Shown piece by piece: positions 1 through 9,125 of a stretch of DNA of 29,109 bases. The stretch is from Candidatus Omnitrophota bacterium. GTDB lineage: Bacteria > Omnitrophota > Gorgyraeia > Duberdicusellales > 4484-171. Location: the NCBI GenBank assembly GCA_041678705.1, contig JBAYNQ010000001.1, positions 1 to 29,109 of the forward strand, read 5' to 3'. Under the pieces are notes generated by a model. The model saw only the letters and a list, made by a program, of their open reading frames with translations, made no database searches and was not told the DNA's origin. The position numbers and the translations under genes were made by a program. Position 1 is the first letter of the stretch; each line of letters begins with the position of its first letter.

Positions 1-2
1 AG

Positions 3-104
3 AAAAAATACTCGGATATTTACATAGATGATGGAAAACTTTTCCAAATGCTGCAGGCAACAAGGCAATTGCATAAAGCCAAAGTCGCTCTAATAAAGAG
101 TTAA
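3..104 (+). CDS. 3' end of an upstream CDS (partial, product unknown)
   Basis: Open frame from window start (KKYSDIYIDDGKLFQMLQATRQLHKAKVALIKS) ending TAA at 102-104, 2 nt before the next ATG, consistent with an operon. Confidence 0.5.
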   Translation, partial: KKYSDIYIDDGKLFQMLQATRQLHKAKVALIKS

Positions 105-106
105 AA

Positions 107-838
107 ATGAAGTTAACTATTTTTATAGCTTGTTTTAACGAAAAAGATACTATTTCAGAAGCTATCCGGCAAGCTCAGGGCTTAGATATCGATAAAGAAA
201 TAATCGTGGTAGATAATTGCTCAACTGACGGCACTCGTCAAATCCTGGCAGATCTCAAAGACAAGGATTTAAGAATGGTCTTACAGCCAGAAAACTACGG
301 AGTGGGCCGCTCGGTAAATGTTGGAATCGATATGGCAAAAGGAGATTACTTTTATGGCCCGGGAGCGGATTTAGAATATAAGATGGATGATGTATATCCG
401 ATGCTCGATATGATACAAAGCCTGCATCTAGACGCGGTGTTTGGTTCCCGTCTTGCGGCAAAAGCTGGGATATCTAAAATTGACATCATAAAAGAGCGGC
501 CATACGCGCTGGCGACAATTGTTACCACTTACCTTATTAATAAGTGGTATAAACGAAATTTTACGGATATTATCGCTCCCAAGTTGATTAAAACCGAAAT
601 ACTTAAAAAATTAAATGTCCAGGCTGACAATCAGGCTTTTGAGTTTGAATTGGTGAGCAGGCTTTGCAAAGCTGGCTGCAAAATCGGAGAAGTCCCGGTT
701 TACTATAAGCCCAGATCTGCTAAAGAAGGAAAGACTATAAAGCCCCTTGATATTTTGCCGGCTCTGACAGCGATGTTTAAAGTAAGATTTAGCCCATTGG
801 AAAAGAAAATCTTGGATCCGGAGCCGGCTAAGGAATAG
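107..838 (+). CDS. GT2 family glycosyltransferase (DPM1/polyprenyl-phosphate glycosyltransferase-like)
   Basis: N-terminal IACFNE, IIVVDNCSTDGT, NYGVGRS, ADLEY (DxD-like), VFGSRL and C-terminal FEFELVSRL...IGEVPVYYKPR..GK match DPM-synthase-like GT2 motifs. Confidence 0.85.
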   Translation: MKLTIFIACFNEKDTISEAIRQAQGLDIDKEIIVVDNCSTDGTRQILADLKDKDLRMVLQPENYGVGRSVNVGIDMAKGDYFYGPGADLEYKMDDVYPMLDMIQSLHLDAVFGSRLAAKAGISKIDIIKERPYALATIVTTYLINKWYKRNFTDIIAPKLIKTEILKKLNVQADNQAFEFELVSRLCKAGCKIGEVPVYYKPRSAKEGKTIKPLDILPALTAMFKVRFSPLEKKILDPEPAKE

Positions 839-840
839 CA

Positions 841-1236
841 ATGAAATTTTTTAAAGTTATTATAGTGGTGTGGATAATTATTTGGGCATGGTTTTTCCTG
901 CGCCAGTTCAGGATAAATGAAAATTTATTTTCGACATACAAGAACCTTCTTTTTTCCGGCAACGAAGAGAAAAGAAGGCTGGTCTTTAGAGAAAATCTTT
1001 ATGACTTTATTAAATTCAGCAAGCAATCTATACCCCCGGGTTCGGCTTATGAAGTGGTGGGCCTTGAAGCTGATTCCGTAGATTTAGTTCGCTTAGTTTA
1101 TTCTATGTATCCTTGCCTGCGCAGTCAGGAGCCGGAATATATTTTAGTTTATGAACAGCCCGGTTTTAACAATAAAGAATCAAACCTTCATTCTCTATTC
1201 AACGGTAAAAGTTTTATATTAAAAAGGGAAAAGTAA
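841..1236 (+). CDS. Hypothetical protein with N-terminal membrane anchor
   Basis: 131 aa, hydrophobic N-terminal helix (VIIVVWIIIWAWFFL), tightly packed between neighbours (2-4 nt gaps). Confidence 0.65.
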   Translation: MKFFKVIIVVWIIIWAWFFLRQFRINENLFSTYKNLLFSGNEEKRRLVFRENLYDFIKFSKQSIPPGSAYEVVGLEADSVDLVRLVYSMYPCLRSQEPEYILVYEQPGFNNKESNLHSLFNGKSFILKREK

Positions 1237-1240
1237 AACT

Positions 1241-2617
1241 ATGAGCTATTTAGGAACTTTAGCTGCGCTTTTTATCTCGACTCTTTACGGTTTCTTAGTC
1301 CTGCGTTCGTTAGATAAAGAAAAAGATATATTTTTCTTAGAGTCTTTAGCTCTTTCTTATGGTATCGGGTTGGGATTAATTTCTTTGGCCATGACTCTTA
1401 TAGCGTTGGCAGGGGTAAAGTTTTCGGTATTTTCAATATTGACAGTATCCCTATTTGTGCCTTTGATGATGTTTTTTACGAAACCAAAAACAGGCATAAA
1501 AGGCCCTTCTATTCCAGTTAATTTTAAACCGTTTGAATTCCTTTTTTTGGGATTTATAAGTTGGGAAGTAATCTATGCTTTTTTTCGCTGCCTTATTAAG
1601 CCGGTAGAGTCCTATGATGCTGTGGCTCACTGGGCGTTTAAAGCCAAAGCGATATATTTATTCGGCGGCCTGCCTTTAGATATATTTAGGAGGCCTGCTC
1701 CGGCAGATTTGATTTTTACCGCTGATTATCCCTGGCTTCTACCTTTTTCCCAGGCGTATATTTATAATTTTATAAATAATTTTGATGATTTTGTTTCCAA
1801 GATGATTATCCCTTTATTTTTTTTAGCCTGTATTATATTATTTTACCGGCTGCTTAAAAGGCGGGGGTTAAACAGGCTTCATAGCTTAGTATTTACTTTT
1901 TTTCTGGCCAGCATACCCCAGTTTAATAATTATGCTACCATTGGCTATGCTGACCTTGTTTTAGGATTTTATTACAGCTTCAGTTTTCTTTACCTTTACC
2001 TTTGGTTTAGAAATGGTTCAAAAGCTTTTTTATTCATTTCCGGAATATTAACTGCTCTAGCGGTTTATACAAAATGCGAGGGTATGCCTTTATTGTTAGT
2101 TAATTTTACAGTTTTTTTAATATTCGTTTTTTCCGGAAAGCCTTTTGACAAGCGCAAGAATACAAAAAATTTTATTATTTATTTATTGCTAGTAGTTGCC
2201 TTGTTGATTCCGGCTTTAGTTTTAAAAAAAATAACTTCAGTAGGACTGGAGAATCACACTATCAATACTTTGGCACTTTCAGGTTTCCAGTTTGGCAACA
2301 TCAAAAGAATGCCGATGATACTTTATAGTTATCAAAAGCAGTTTTTTGGTATAAAACGATGGAATATCTTGTGGATACTTTTCTTTGGAACAGCTATATG
2401 CCGTTTCAAGAAACTGCTGGAGTCTGACAAAAAATATCTTACTATTGGAATATCTTTAATCTTCGCAGGTTATACTGCCGTATTTATCTTAAGTCCGGGC
2501 CCCCAGGAAGATTTAAGGACCGTAAGCCGGTTATTCTTGCATTTTCTACCCCTGATTGTTTTCTTTGTTGCTGAATTCTTAATACCGGATAGGATGAAAA
2601 CCGATAGAAAAACCTAA
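1241..2617 (+). CDS. Multi-pass membrane protein, probable GT-C fold glycosyltransferase (ArnT/PMT-like)
   Basis: About 12-13 hydrophobic segments, loop with YDAVAHW..KAK, DYP, GYADL and TKCEG motifs resembling lipid-sugar-dependent GT-C enzymes; adjacent to a DPM-like GT2. Confidence 0.6.
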   Translation: MSYLGTLAALFISTLYGFLVLRSLDKEKDIFFLESLALSYGIGLGLISLAMTLIALAGVKFSVFSILTVSLFVPLMMFFTKPKTGIKGPSIPVNFKPFEFLFLGFISWEVIYAFFRCLIKPVESYDAVAHWAFKAKAIYLFGGLPLDIFRRPAPADLIFTADYPWLLPFSQAYIYNFINNFDDFVSKMIIPLFFLACIILFYRLLKRRGLNRLHSLVFTFFLASIPQFNNYATIGYADLVLGFYYSFSFLYLYLWFRNGSKAFLFISGILTALAVYTKCEGMPLLLVNFTVFLIFVFSGKPFDKRKNTKNFIIYLLLVVALLIPALVLKKITSVGLENHTINTLALSGFQFGNIKRMPMILYSYQKQFFGIKRWNILWILFFGTAICRFKKLLESDKKYLTIGISLIFAGYTAVFILSPGPQEDLRTVSRLFLHFLPLIVFFVAEFLIPDRMKTDRKT

Positions 2618-2655
2618 GGTCGATAGTCGACGGTCAATAGACTATAGTCGATGTC
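2618..2655 (+). repeat. Degenerate heptamer tandem array (RGTCNAY / AGACTAT)
   Basis: GGTCGAT-AGTCGAC-GGTCAAT-AGACTAT-AGTCGAT-GTC immediately after the stop codon; contains the perfect palindrome GACTATAGTC (2640-2649). Confidence 0.75.
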
Positions 2656-2684
2656 TGTTTATAACTGTAATTATGAGAAAATAA

Positions 2685-4007
2685 ATGAGCGATAAGATAT
2701 ACACAGTCCTAGAGTTGAACACAGAGGTAAGAGAGCTTATTAGAGAGAAATTCTCTGGATATATATGGGTTTGCGGTGAAATACAAAGCTTACGCCCGGA
2801 AAGAAGTAAAAAACATACATATTTTGAATTAGTACAAAAGCACAGCATTCAGGATGAGATTGTTGCCAAAGTTAAGGTTGCTCTTTTTGCCGGCAGAAAG
2901 ATTTTTATTGAGAAACGCTTGCGAGAGGCAGCCGGCGGTTTTGAGCTTAAAAATGACATAGAAGTTAAGTTTCTATGTGAAGTAAGCCTTCATCCGCCTA
3001 CTGGTCAATATAGCCTTATAGTAGTAGATATAGATACGGTTTATACTTTAGGCAAAATTGCTCAGAATCGCCTGAAGATAATAGAAGATTTACGCACAAG
3101 AGGCCTCCTGGAAAGAAATAAACTCCAAACTATCAGTGATGCCGCTCTTAAGGTGGGCCTGATTACTGCTTATGATTCGGCCGCTTATCATGATTTTACT
3201 CACGAGCTTAAAATAAGCGGATGCGGTTTTATGGTTTTAGCCTGTAATTGCCATATGCAGGGAAAGGCAGTCGAAGGTGATGTCAGCAAAGCGATTGATG
3301 TCCTTAATTCTTTGGGAGACAATGAGTTAGATGTTATTGTTATTACTCGCGGGGGTGGATCTACGGCTGACTTAAGCTACTTTGACAGTAAAGCTATTGC
3401 TGAAAAGATAGCCGGTTCCAAATTCCCGGTTGTATCGGCCCTTGGCCATCATATAGACACGACTATAACCGACATGGTTTCTCATACGAGTTGCAAAACT
3501 CCCACTAAAGCTGCCCAGTTTTTGGTTGAAAAAGTAAAAAAGTTTCTAGATGTTCTCTATGAGCTGCAGCAAAATATTCTTTCCCGTTCTCAGGAGTTAT
3601 TAAAACAGGAATGCCAGGAGGTCGAGGGAATCGCTGTTAGGATCGACGCTTTAACCGCGCGCTACTTCAGGGCCCATAGGGAGGAATTACTAAAAGCCAG
3701 GCATGAGTTATCCGGTGTGACGGGTGTTATTTTTGCGAAAGAAAACCAGCAAGTAGCGGCTAAATGGATGGAATTGAGAAATATATCCGGAATAATTTTC
3801 AGGAATGGCCGGGATAACTTGAGCCATTTAGAGTCTAAGGTATCGCTGCTCGATCCCAGAAACATTTTAAAGCGGGGCTATTCAATGACTCTTAAAGGTA
3901 AAAAGGCCATTAAGTCGGTAAAAGATGTTATTCAAGAGCAGACAGTAAAGACCGTTCTTTATGATGGAAATTTTATCTCACGGGTTGAATCTATAACCAA
4001 GAACTAA
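2685..4007 (+). CDS. xseA: Exodeoxyribonuclease VII large subunit
   Basis: N-terminal OB fold (WVCGEI...HTYFEL), VIVITRGGGSTADLSYFD, PVVSALGHHIDTTITDMVS, TPTKAA, and C-terminal LDPRNILKRGYS; followed by xseB. Confidence 0.92.
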   Translation: MSDKIYTVLELNTEVRELIREKFSGYIWVCGEIQSLRPERSKKHTYFELVQKHSIQDEIVAKVKVALFAGRKIFIEKRLREAAGGFELKNDIEVKFLCEVSLHPPTGQYSLIVVDIDTVYTLGKIAQNRLKIIEDLRTRGLLERNKLQTISDAALKVGLITAYDSAAYHDFTHELKISGCGFMVLACNCHMQGKAVEGDVSKAIDVLNSLGDNELDVIVITRGGGSTADLSYFDSKAIAEKIAGSKFPVVSALGHHIDTTITDMVSHTSCKTPTKAAQFLVEKVKKFLDVLYELQQNILSRSQELLKQECQEVEGIAVRIDALTARYFRAHREELLKARHELSGVTGVIFAKENQQVAAKWMELRNISGIIFRNGRDNLSHLESKVSLLDPRNILKRGYSMTLKGKKAIKSVKDVIQEQTVKTVLYDGNFISRVESITKN

Positions 4008-4039
4008 TGTATTGAGTATCTTACAAGGAGGAGCGCGAT

Positions 4040-4255
4040 ATGGTTAAAAAAAATATGAAATATAGCGAGGCTATGAAAGAGCTGAATAATATACTTTCTG
4101 ACCTTGAATCTGAACGGATAGATGTTGATGAGGTCTCTTTGAAGGTAAAAAAAGCGGTTGAGCTTATCAATATATGCCGGGAAAGAATAGAAAAAACCGA
4201 ATTCGAAGTGCATAAAATAGTTAAAGAATTTGAGAAAAAAGACAAGGAAGTTTAA
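4040..4255 (+). CDS. xseB: Exodeoxyribonuclease VII small subunit
   Basis: 71 aa, YSEAMKEL..I...LE...IDVDE......A.ELI..C pattern, strong SD AAGGAGGAG upstream, directly after xseA. Confidence 0.9.
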   Translation: MVKKNMKYSEAMKELNNILSDLESERIDVDEVSLKVKKAVELINICRERIEKTEFEVHKIVKEFEKKDKEV

Positions 4256-4294
4256 GCTTTTTAAAGGGTTTTTACGTATTTAAATAAATTATTC

Positions 4295-4322
4295 TTGACC
4301 TTTTATCGGCTTATGTTATAAT
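4295..4322 (+). promoter_or_regulatory. sigma70-type promoter P1 for rpsO-pnp
   Basis: TTGACC (4295-4300), 16 nt spacer, TG-n-TATAAT (4314-4322, extended -10). Confidence 0.7.
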
Positions 4323-4377
4323 TTCCCTGTTTCGTAAAACACGCCTTTTTTTAGATAAAAGCCATTATCTATCAGGG

Positions 4378-4409
4378 TTGACAGATAAATACTAAAGCGG
4401 TATTATAAT
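4378..4409 (+). promoter_or_regulatory. sigma70-type promoter P2 immediately before rpsO
   Basis: TTGACA (4378-4383), 17 nt, TATTAT (4401-4406), overlapping TATAAT (4404-4409) that lies 6 nt before the ATG; no SD present. Confidence 0.65.
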
Positions 4410-4415
4410 ATTGTT

Positions 4416-4679
4416 ATGATTAATAAGACAAAAAAGAAGAAAATCATTGAGAAATTTAAAGAACACGTTGAGGATACAGGTTCAGCCTCAGTGCAAATAG
4501 CTCTTTTAAGCGAAAGGATAAACTACCTTACTGAGCATCTCAAAAAGCATAAGAAGGATTTTCATTCCCGCCGCGGCCTCTTAATTCTTGTAGGCAGGCG
4601 CCGCCGCCTTCTCAGCTATCTCAAAAATAAGGACTCCCAGAGTTACGGGGAAGTCACCAAGGAGCTTAAAATTAAATAA
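4416..4679 (+). CDS. rpsO: 30S ribosomal protein S15
   Basis: [50 protein letters not shown] signature; precedes pnp. Confidence 0.97.
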   Translation: MINKTKKKKIIEKFKEHVEDTGSASVQIALLSERINYLTEHLKKHKKDFHSRRGLLILVGRRRRLLSYLKNKDSQSYGEVTKELKIK

Positions 4680-4680
4680 A

Positions 4681-6762
4681 ATGGCTACTTCAGTTTCTAT
4701 TTCCAATTTAGGAAAGAGTAAATTCGTATTTTCTACCGGAGAATGGGCCAAACAGGCTAACGGCAGCGTTAGCGTTTGTTTTGGTGATACCATGGTTCTG
4801 GCTACTGCCTGTATGTCTAAAGAGCCTGTCCCGGGCCGTGATTTTTTTCCTTTAATGGTTGAGTATCAGGAAAAAACTTATGCTATGGGAAAAATTCCCG
4901 GCGGATTTTTTAAAAAAGAAGGCAGGCCAAAAGATGAAGAAATTCTTAACGCGCGCCTTATTGACAGGCCGCTTCGTCCGCTTTTTCCTAAAGGCATGAC
5001 TAATGAAGTTCAAGTTGTTGCCATGGTTTTATCCAGTGACGGGATGAATGATCCGGACACATTAGCTATAAATGCCGCAAGCTGTGCTTTAGTGATATCG
5101 GATATACCTTTTGATAGTCCTGTGGGAGCGGTAAGGGTATCTAAAGTAAACAACGAACTGGTGCTGAATCCGACTTATGAACAGCGTTCAGATTTGCATA
5201 TGGATCTGGTTGTTGTTGGCACAGAAAGTAAGATAGTTATGCTCGAAGGAGAACTGGCCGAGATTCCCGAAGCCGAAGTTCTAGCGGCCATAAAGTTTGC
5301 GCATCCTTTTATAAAACAAATAATTGAACTTCAAAGAGATTTGAAGAAGAAAATTGGAAAAGAAAAAAAAGAAGTCCCTTTAAGCCTGCCTAAGAAAGAA
5401 TTGCTGGAGGAAGTAAAAGCTAAAGCCGCCTCTAAGCTCCAAGCGATATATGAATTATCCGGAAAGGAAGAGAAAGCCGCGTCCTCAAGGGAACTGATGG
5501 CAACTTTAGTCCAGGATTTAGTCAGTGAAGAAGCAGGTATTACCGAATCTGACTTGAAACAAGCAATAGAAGTTTTGAATGAGGAAATACTTAAAAATAA
5601 GATACTCGATGAAGAAAAGCGGCCTGATGGAAGAAAAATAAATGATATTCGCCCCCTGGAGTGTAAGGTTGGAGTTCTGCCACGGACTCACGGTTCGGCT
5701 GTTTTTACAAGGGGGCAAACTCAATCTTTGGCTGTAGTTACTTTGGGAACCAGCTCTGATGAGCAGTTTATAGAAGCTCTGGAAGGAGAAACAACTAAGA
5801 ATTTTATGCTTCATTATAGCTTCCCTCCTTTTAGCGTGGGAGAAGTGAAGTTTATGCGCGGGCCTTCCCGCAGAGATATAGGGCATGGGGCTTTAGCTGA
5901 AAAAGCTCTTTCAGTAGTTGTTCCGTCAAAAGATAAATTTCCCTATACTGTAAGAGTCGTTTCTGAAATTTTAGAATCTAATGGTTCTTCTTCAATGGCA
6001 TCTGTGTGTGCGGGGTCTTTGTCTTTAATGGATGCCGGGGTTCCGATAAAGGAGCCGGTAGCCGGAATAGCCATCGGCTTGGTTACCCGCGGTCAGGATT
6101 ATAAAATCCTTACAGATATAGCTGGGGCTGAAGACCATTATGGTGATATGGATTTTAAAGTTGCCGGAACTCAAAAAGGAGTAACTGCTATACAGCTTGA
6201 TACCAAGATAGACGGGTTGACTTTTAACATGATAGAAGATACCTTAAAGAGGGCTCTTGAAGCAAGGCAGTTTATATTAAATAAAATGAAAGAGTCAATC
6301 ACCGCCCCCAGAGAAGGCCTGTCGGATTACGCGCCTAAGATAAAATCATTTGAGGTTAATCCCGACAAGATAGGCGCGATTATCGGTCCGGGCGGAAAAA
6401 TTATAAAGAAAATACAACGAGAGAATAATGTAACCGTGGATATTGATGACGACACAAACATGGTTTCGGTAGCTGCCCAGACCGTAGAAGATCTGGAAAG
6501 AGCCGTAAATCAGATAGCCAATCTTGTCAGAGATGTTGAGGTTGGGGATATTTATGATGTTAAGGTAGAGAAAATAGTGAATTTCGGAGCTTTTTGTGAG
6601 ATAGCCCCCGGTAAAAGCGGGCTTCTTCATGTTTCTGAGCTTTCCGATGATTTCGTAAAAGACGTTAGCGAATTCTTAAAAGAGGGTGATGTCCTGAAAG
6701 TGAAAGTGATCGGCGTTGATCCTCAAGGTAAAATCAGGCTTAGCTTGAAACAAGCTAAGTAA
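4681..6762 (+). CDS. pnp: Polyribonucleotide nucleotidyltransferase (PNPase)
   Basis: FFPLMVEYQEK, IPGGFFKKEGRP, RLIDRPLRPLFP, RTHGSAVFTRGQTQ, ESNGSSSMASVC, GDMDFKVAGT, then KH and S1 domains. Confidence 0.97.
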   Translation: MATSVSISNLGKSKFVFSTGEWAKQANGSVSVCFGDTMVLATACMSKEPVPGRDFFPLMVEYQEKTYAMGKIPGGFFKKEGRPKDEEILNARLIDRPLRPLFPKGMTNEVQVVAMVLSSDGMNDPDTLAINAASCALVISDIPFDSPVGAVRVSKVNNELVLNPTYEQRSDLHMDLVVVGTESKIVMLEGELAEIPEAEVLAAIKFAHPFIKQIIELQRDLKKKIGKEKKEVPLSLPKKELLEEVKAKAASKLQAIYELSGKEEKAASSRELMATLVQDLVSEEAGITESDLKQAIEVLNEEILKNKILDEEKRPDGRKINDIRPLECKVGVLPRTHGSAVFTRGQTQSLAVVTLGTSSDEQFIEALEGETTKNFMLHYSFPPFSVGEVKFMRGPSRRDIGHGALAEKALSVVVPSKDKFPYTVRVVSEILESNGSSSMASVCAGSLSLMDAGVPIKEPVAGIAIGLVTRGQDYKILTDIAGAEDHYGDMDFKVAGTQKGVTAIQLDTKIDGLTFNMIEDTLKRALEARQFILNKMKESITAPREGLSDYAPKIKSFEVNPDKIGAIIGPGGKIIKKIQRENNVTVDIDDDTNMVSVAAQTVEDLERAVNQIANLVRDVEVGDIYDVKVEKIVNFGAFCEIAPGKSGLLHVSELSDDFVKDVSEFLKEGDVLKVKVIGVDPQGKIRLSLKQAK

Positions 6763-6766
6763 ATCT

Positions 6767-6859
6767 CACGGATATACAGGGATTAAGGGCGGACAGGCAC
6801 AGATGAATCCAAATACATTATCCGTGGTAATCTGCATATTGAATCCTTGAAAATCCGTG
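6767..6859. repeat. ~93 bp imperfect palindrome of 10-nt-period CACRGAT/ATCYGTG units (REP/MITE-like)
   Basis: CACGGAT-ATA-CAGGGATT (6767-6784) pairs with AATCCTTG-AAA-ATCCGTG (6842-6859); inner CACAGAT (6798) faces ATCCGTG (6820) and ATCTGCA (6830). Confidence 0.75.
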
Positions 6860-6881
6860 TTTAAAAAACATTTAATTAAAG

Positions 6882-9125
6882 ATGAAGCATCTCTCTTCTT
6901 TTTTGAAGAGCACTACCTTTTTTATTTGTTCCCTTCTAATCCTCCTGAGCCTTTTTTCATACACCCCTAAAGATATAGCGTTTCTTACTTCTTATTCCGG
7001 AGCTAGGATTTTCAATTTGATAGGTGTTGCCGGAGCTTATTTGGGATTCGCGCTTTTTTTTATTTTCGGTTATGCCTCTTATTTTTTTCCGTTTGCTTTG
7101 TTCTTTATGGGGTTAGATGCTGCAGGGGTGATGCGATTCTCGGGACTGGGCAAGAGCAAAGCAGTTAATCTTATTGCCGCCGGATTGTTCGTAATTTTTC
7201 TTTCCGGTTTTATCAGCTTATTTCCTAAAGTCGACACAGAAGCATTCGCGGCTTCCGGAGCTATAGGTTTTTTCCTGGGAGGCTTTTTAAAAAAGTATCT
7301 GGGTGTTCATGGATCTTTTATCACGCTTTCTTTACTCCTGGCGGTTAACGCCGTTTTGTTTTTTGGATTTTTCTTTGTTGATTTACTCAAATTTATCAAA
7401 AAAATTATAGCTAACTTTAGCAGTTTTATTGAAGATTTAAAAAATAGAAACAGTCAGGAAATTTCTTCTCAAGACCTGCAAGGTAAACGTAAGCTTAAAG
7501 CCACAGTTTCGGCTCTCGGCAAGAAAATCAAAAATGTAAAACCGGAAATAAAGGTTTATACTCCTAAACTGGAGCCAAATAGTAAAAAATCTTTTAACGG
7601 GAATGGTTTATCAGATACAAGGTCTGCCAGGGAGGCGGCCATGCAGGCTTCTCTCAATAAGGATAAAACGAGGAATAAAATAGATTCTTTTGACGAGCAG
7701 AACAGGAAAGACTACGATCCGCTTAAATATAAATTACCGCAAGTCTCACTTTTAAAAGTGCCGCCTTTTGTTGACCAAAAGGATTTAAAGGAAGATATAG
7801 AGGCTAACATAAAGAATTTGGAAACGACACTGTCCGATTTTGGCGTAGAGGCGAGGGTGGTAAGCGTACAAAAAGGGCCGGTTGTTACTATGTATGAACT
7901 CCAGCCTCAATCGGGAGTTAAAATTCAGCGAATATCTTCTTTGGCTGACGATATAGCCTTGGCTATGAAGTCATCTTCGGTGAGGGTGGTGGCTCCTATT
8001 CCCGGCCGAGGAACGGTGGGGGTAGAAATACCTAATGCAAAAAAGCAGCTTGTGTTTCTACGTGAGGTTTTAGAAGAGAAGATTTTTCATAATTCTTCTT
8101 CAAAGTTAACCCTGATCATTGGCAAGGATGTTTCCGGCAACCCTGTCATTGCCGACTTAGCTGATATGCCGCATCTTCTGATTGCCGGAGCAACTGGAGC
8201 AGGAAAAACAGTTTGTGTAAATTCTCTTATCTCTTCGATATTGTTTAAAGCCAAGCCTGACGAAGTTAAGTTTATAATGGTTGACCCTAAAATGGTAGAG
8301 CTGGCTTCTTTCGCGGGCATACCGCATCTAATACACCCGATTATTTCTGAATCTAAGAAGGCATTCTCAGCTCTTAACTGGGCGGTAGAGGAGATGGAAA
8401 AAAGGTACCGGGCTTTGGCTGAGGCAGGTTGCCGGAATATAAGCCTATATAATGCGAAGGGTAAAAAGATGCCCTATATTATTATAGTCGTGGATGAGTT
8501 GGCTGACCTTATGATCGTAGCCAGAGAGAGCATTGAAACCTCGATACAGCGGTTAGCCCAATTATCACGAGCGGTAGGAATACATCTTATACTTGCTACC
8601 CAAAGGCCATCGGTTGATGTTATTACAGGAGTGATTAAAGCTAATTTTCCTGCCAGGATATCTTTTAAGGTATCATCGAAAGTTGATTCCCGGACAGTGC
8701 TGGATATGATGGGCGCAGACAAGCTTTTGGGCAAAGGCGATTTGTTATTTTTGAAGCCAGGAGCGGTTAAACTTATACGGGCTCAAGGTTCTTACATCGA
8801 CGATGAAGACATAGAATCTTTGACGAGTTTCATAAGCGTTCAGGGAAAACCGGTTTATGAAGAAGCTATCGCCGAAGGGGAGAAGAAACAAGCCTTGAAT
8901 TTAGGCCAGGATGACCTTTTTGATGAAGCCGTAAAGATTATTTTAAGAACTAACCAGGCTTCAGCTTCGCTTTTACAGAGGCGCTTGAGAGTGGGGTATA
9001 CCCGGGCGGCGCGGCTGCTCGATCTTATGGAGCAGGCTGAAATAGTAGGCCCTTTTTGCGGTAGCAAGGCCAGGGCGATACTAGTGGAACCTGAAAAATT
9101 TTTAGTTGAGAAAGGATGGGTATGA
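6882..9125 (+). CDS. ftsK: DNA translocase FtsK/SpoIIIE
   Basis: N-terminal TM segments, GPVVTMYE, APIPGRGTVGVEIPN, Walker A HLLIAGATGAGKT, IIIVVDELADLM, ATQRPSVDVITG, and gamma domain SASLLQRRLRVGYTRAARLLD. Confidence 0.96.
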   Translation: MKHLSSFLKSTTFFICSLLILLSLFSYTPKDIAFLTSYSGARIFNLIGVAGAYLGFALFFIFGYASYFFPFALFFMGLDAAGVMRFSGLGKSKAVNLIAAGLFVIFLSGFISLFPKVDTEAFAASGAIGFFLGGFLKKYLGVHGSFITLSLLLAVNAVLFFGFFFVDLLKFIKKIIANFSSFIEDLKNRNSQEISSQDLQGKRKLKATVSALGKKIKNVKPEIKVYTPKLEPNSKKSFNGNGLSDTRSAREAAMQASLNKDKTRNKIDSFDEQNRKDYDPLKYKLPQVSLLKVPPFVDQKDLKEDIEANIKNLETTLSDFGVEARVVSVQKGPVVTMYELQPQSGVKIQRISSLADDIALAMKSSSVRVVAPIPGRGTVGVEIPNAKKQLVFLREVLEEKIFHNSSSKLTLIIGKDVSGNPVIADLADMPHLLIAGATGAGKTVCVNSLISSILFKAKPDEVKFIMVDPKMVELASFAGIPHLIHPIISESKKAFSALNWAVEEMEKRYRALAEAGCRNISLYNAKGKKMPYIIIVVDELADLMIVARESIETSIQRLAQLSRAVGIHLILATQRPSVDVITGVIKANFPARISFKVSSKVDSRTVLDMMGADKLLGKGDLLFLKPGAVKLIRAQGSYIDDEDIESLTSFISVQGKPVYEEAIAEGEKKQALNLGQDDLFDEAVKIILRTNQASASLLQRRLRVGYTRAARLLDLMEQAEIVGPFCGSKARAILVEPEKFLVEKGWV

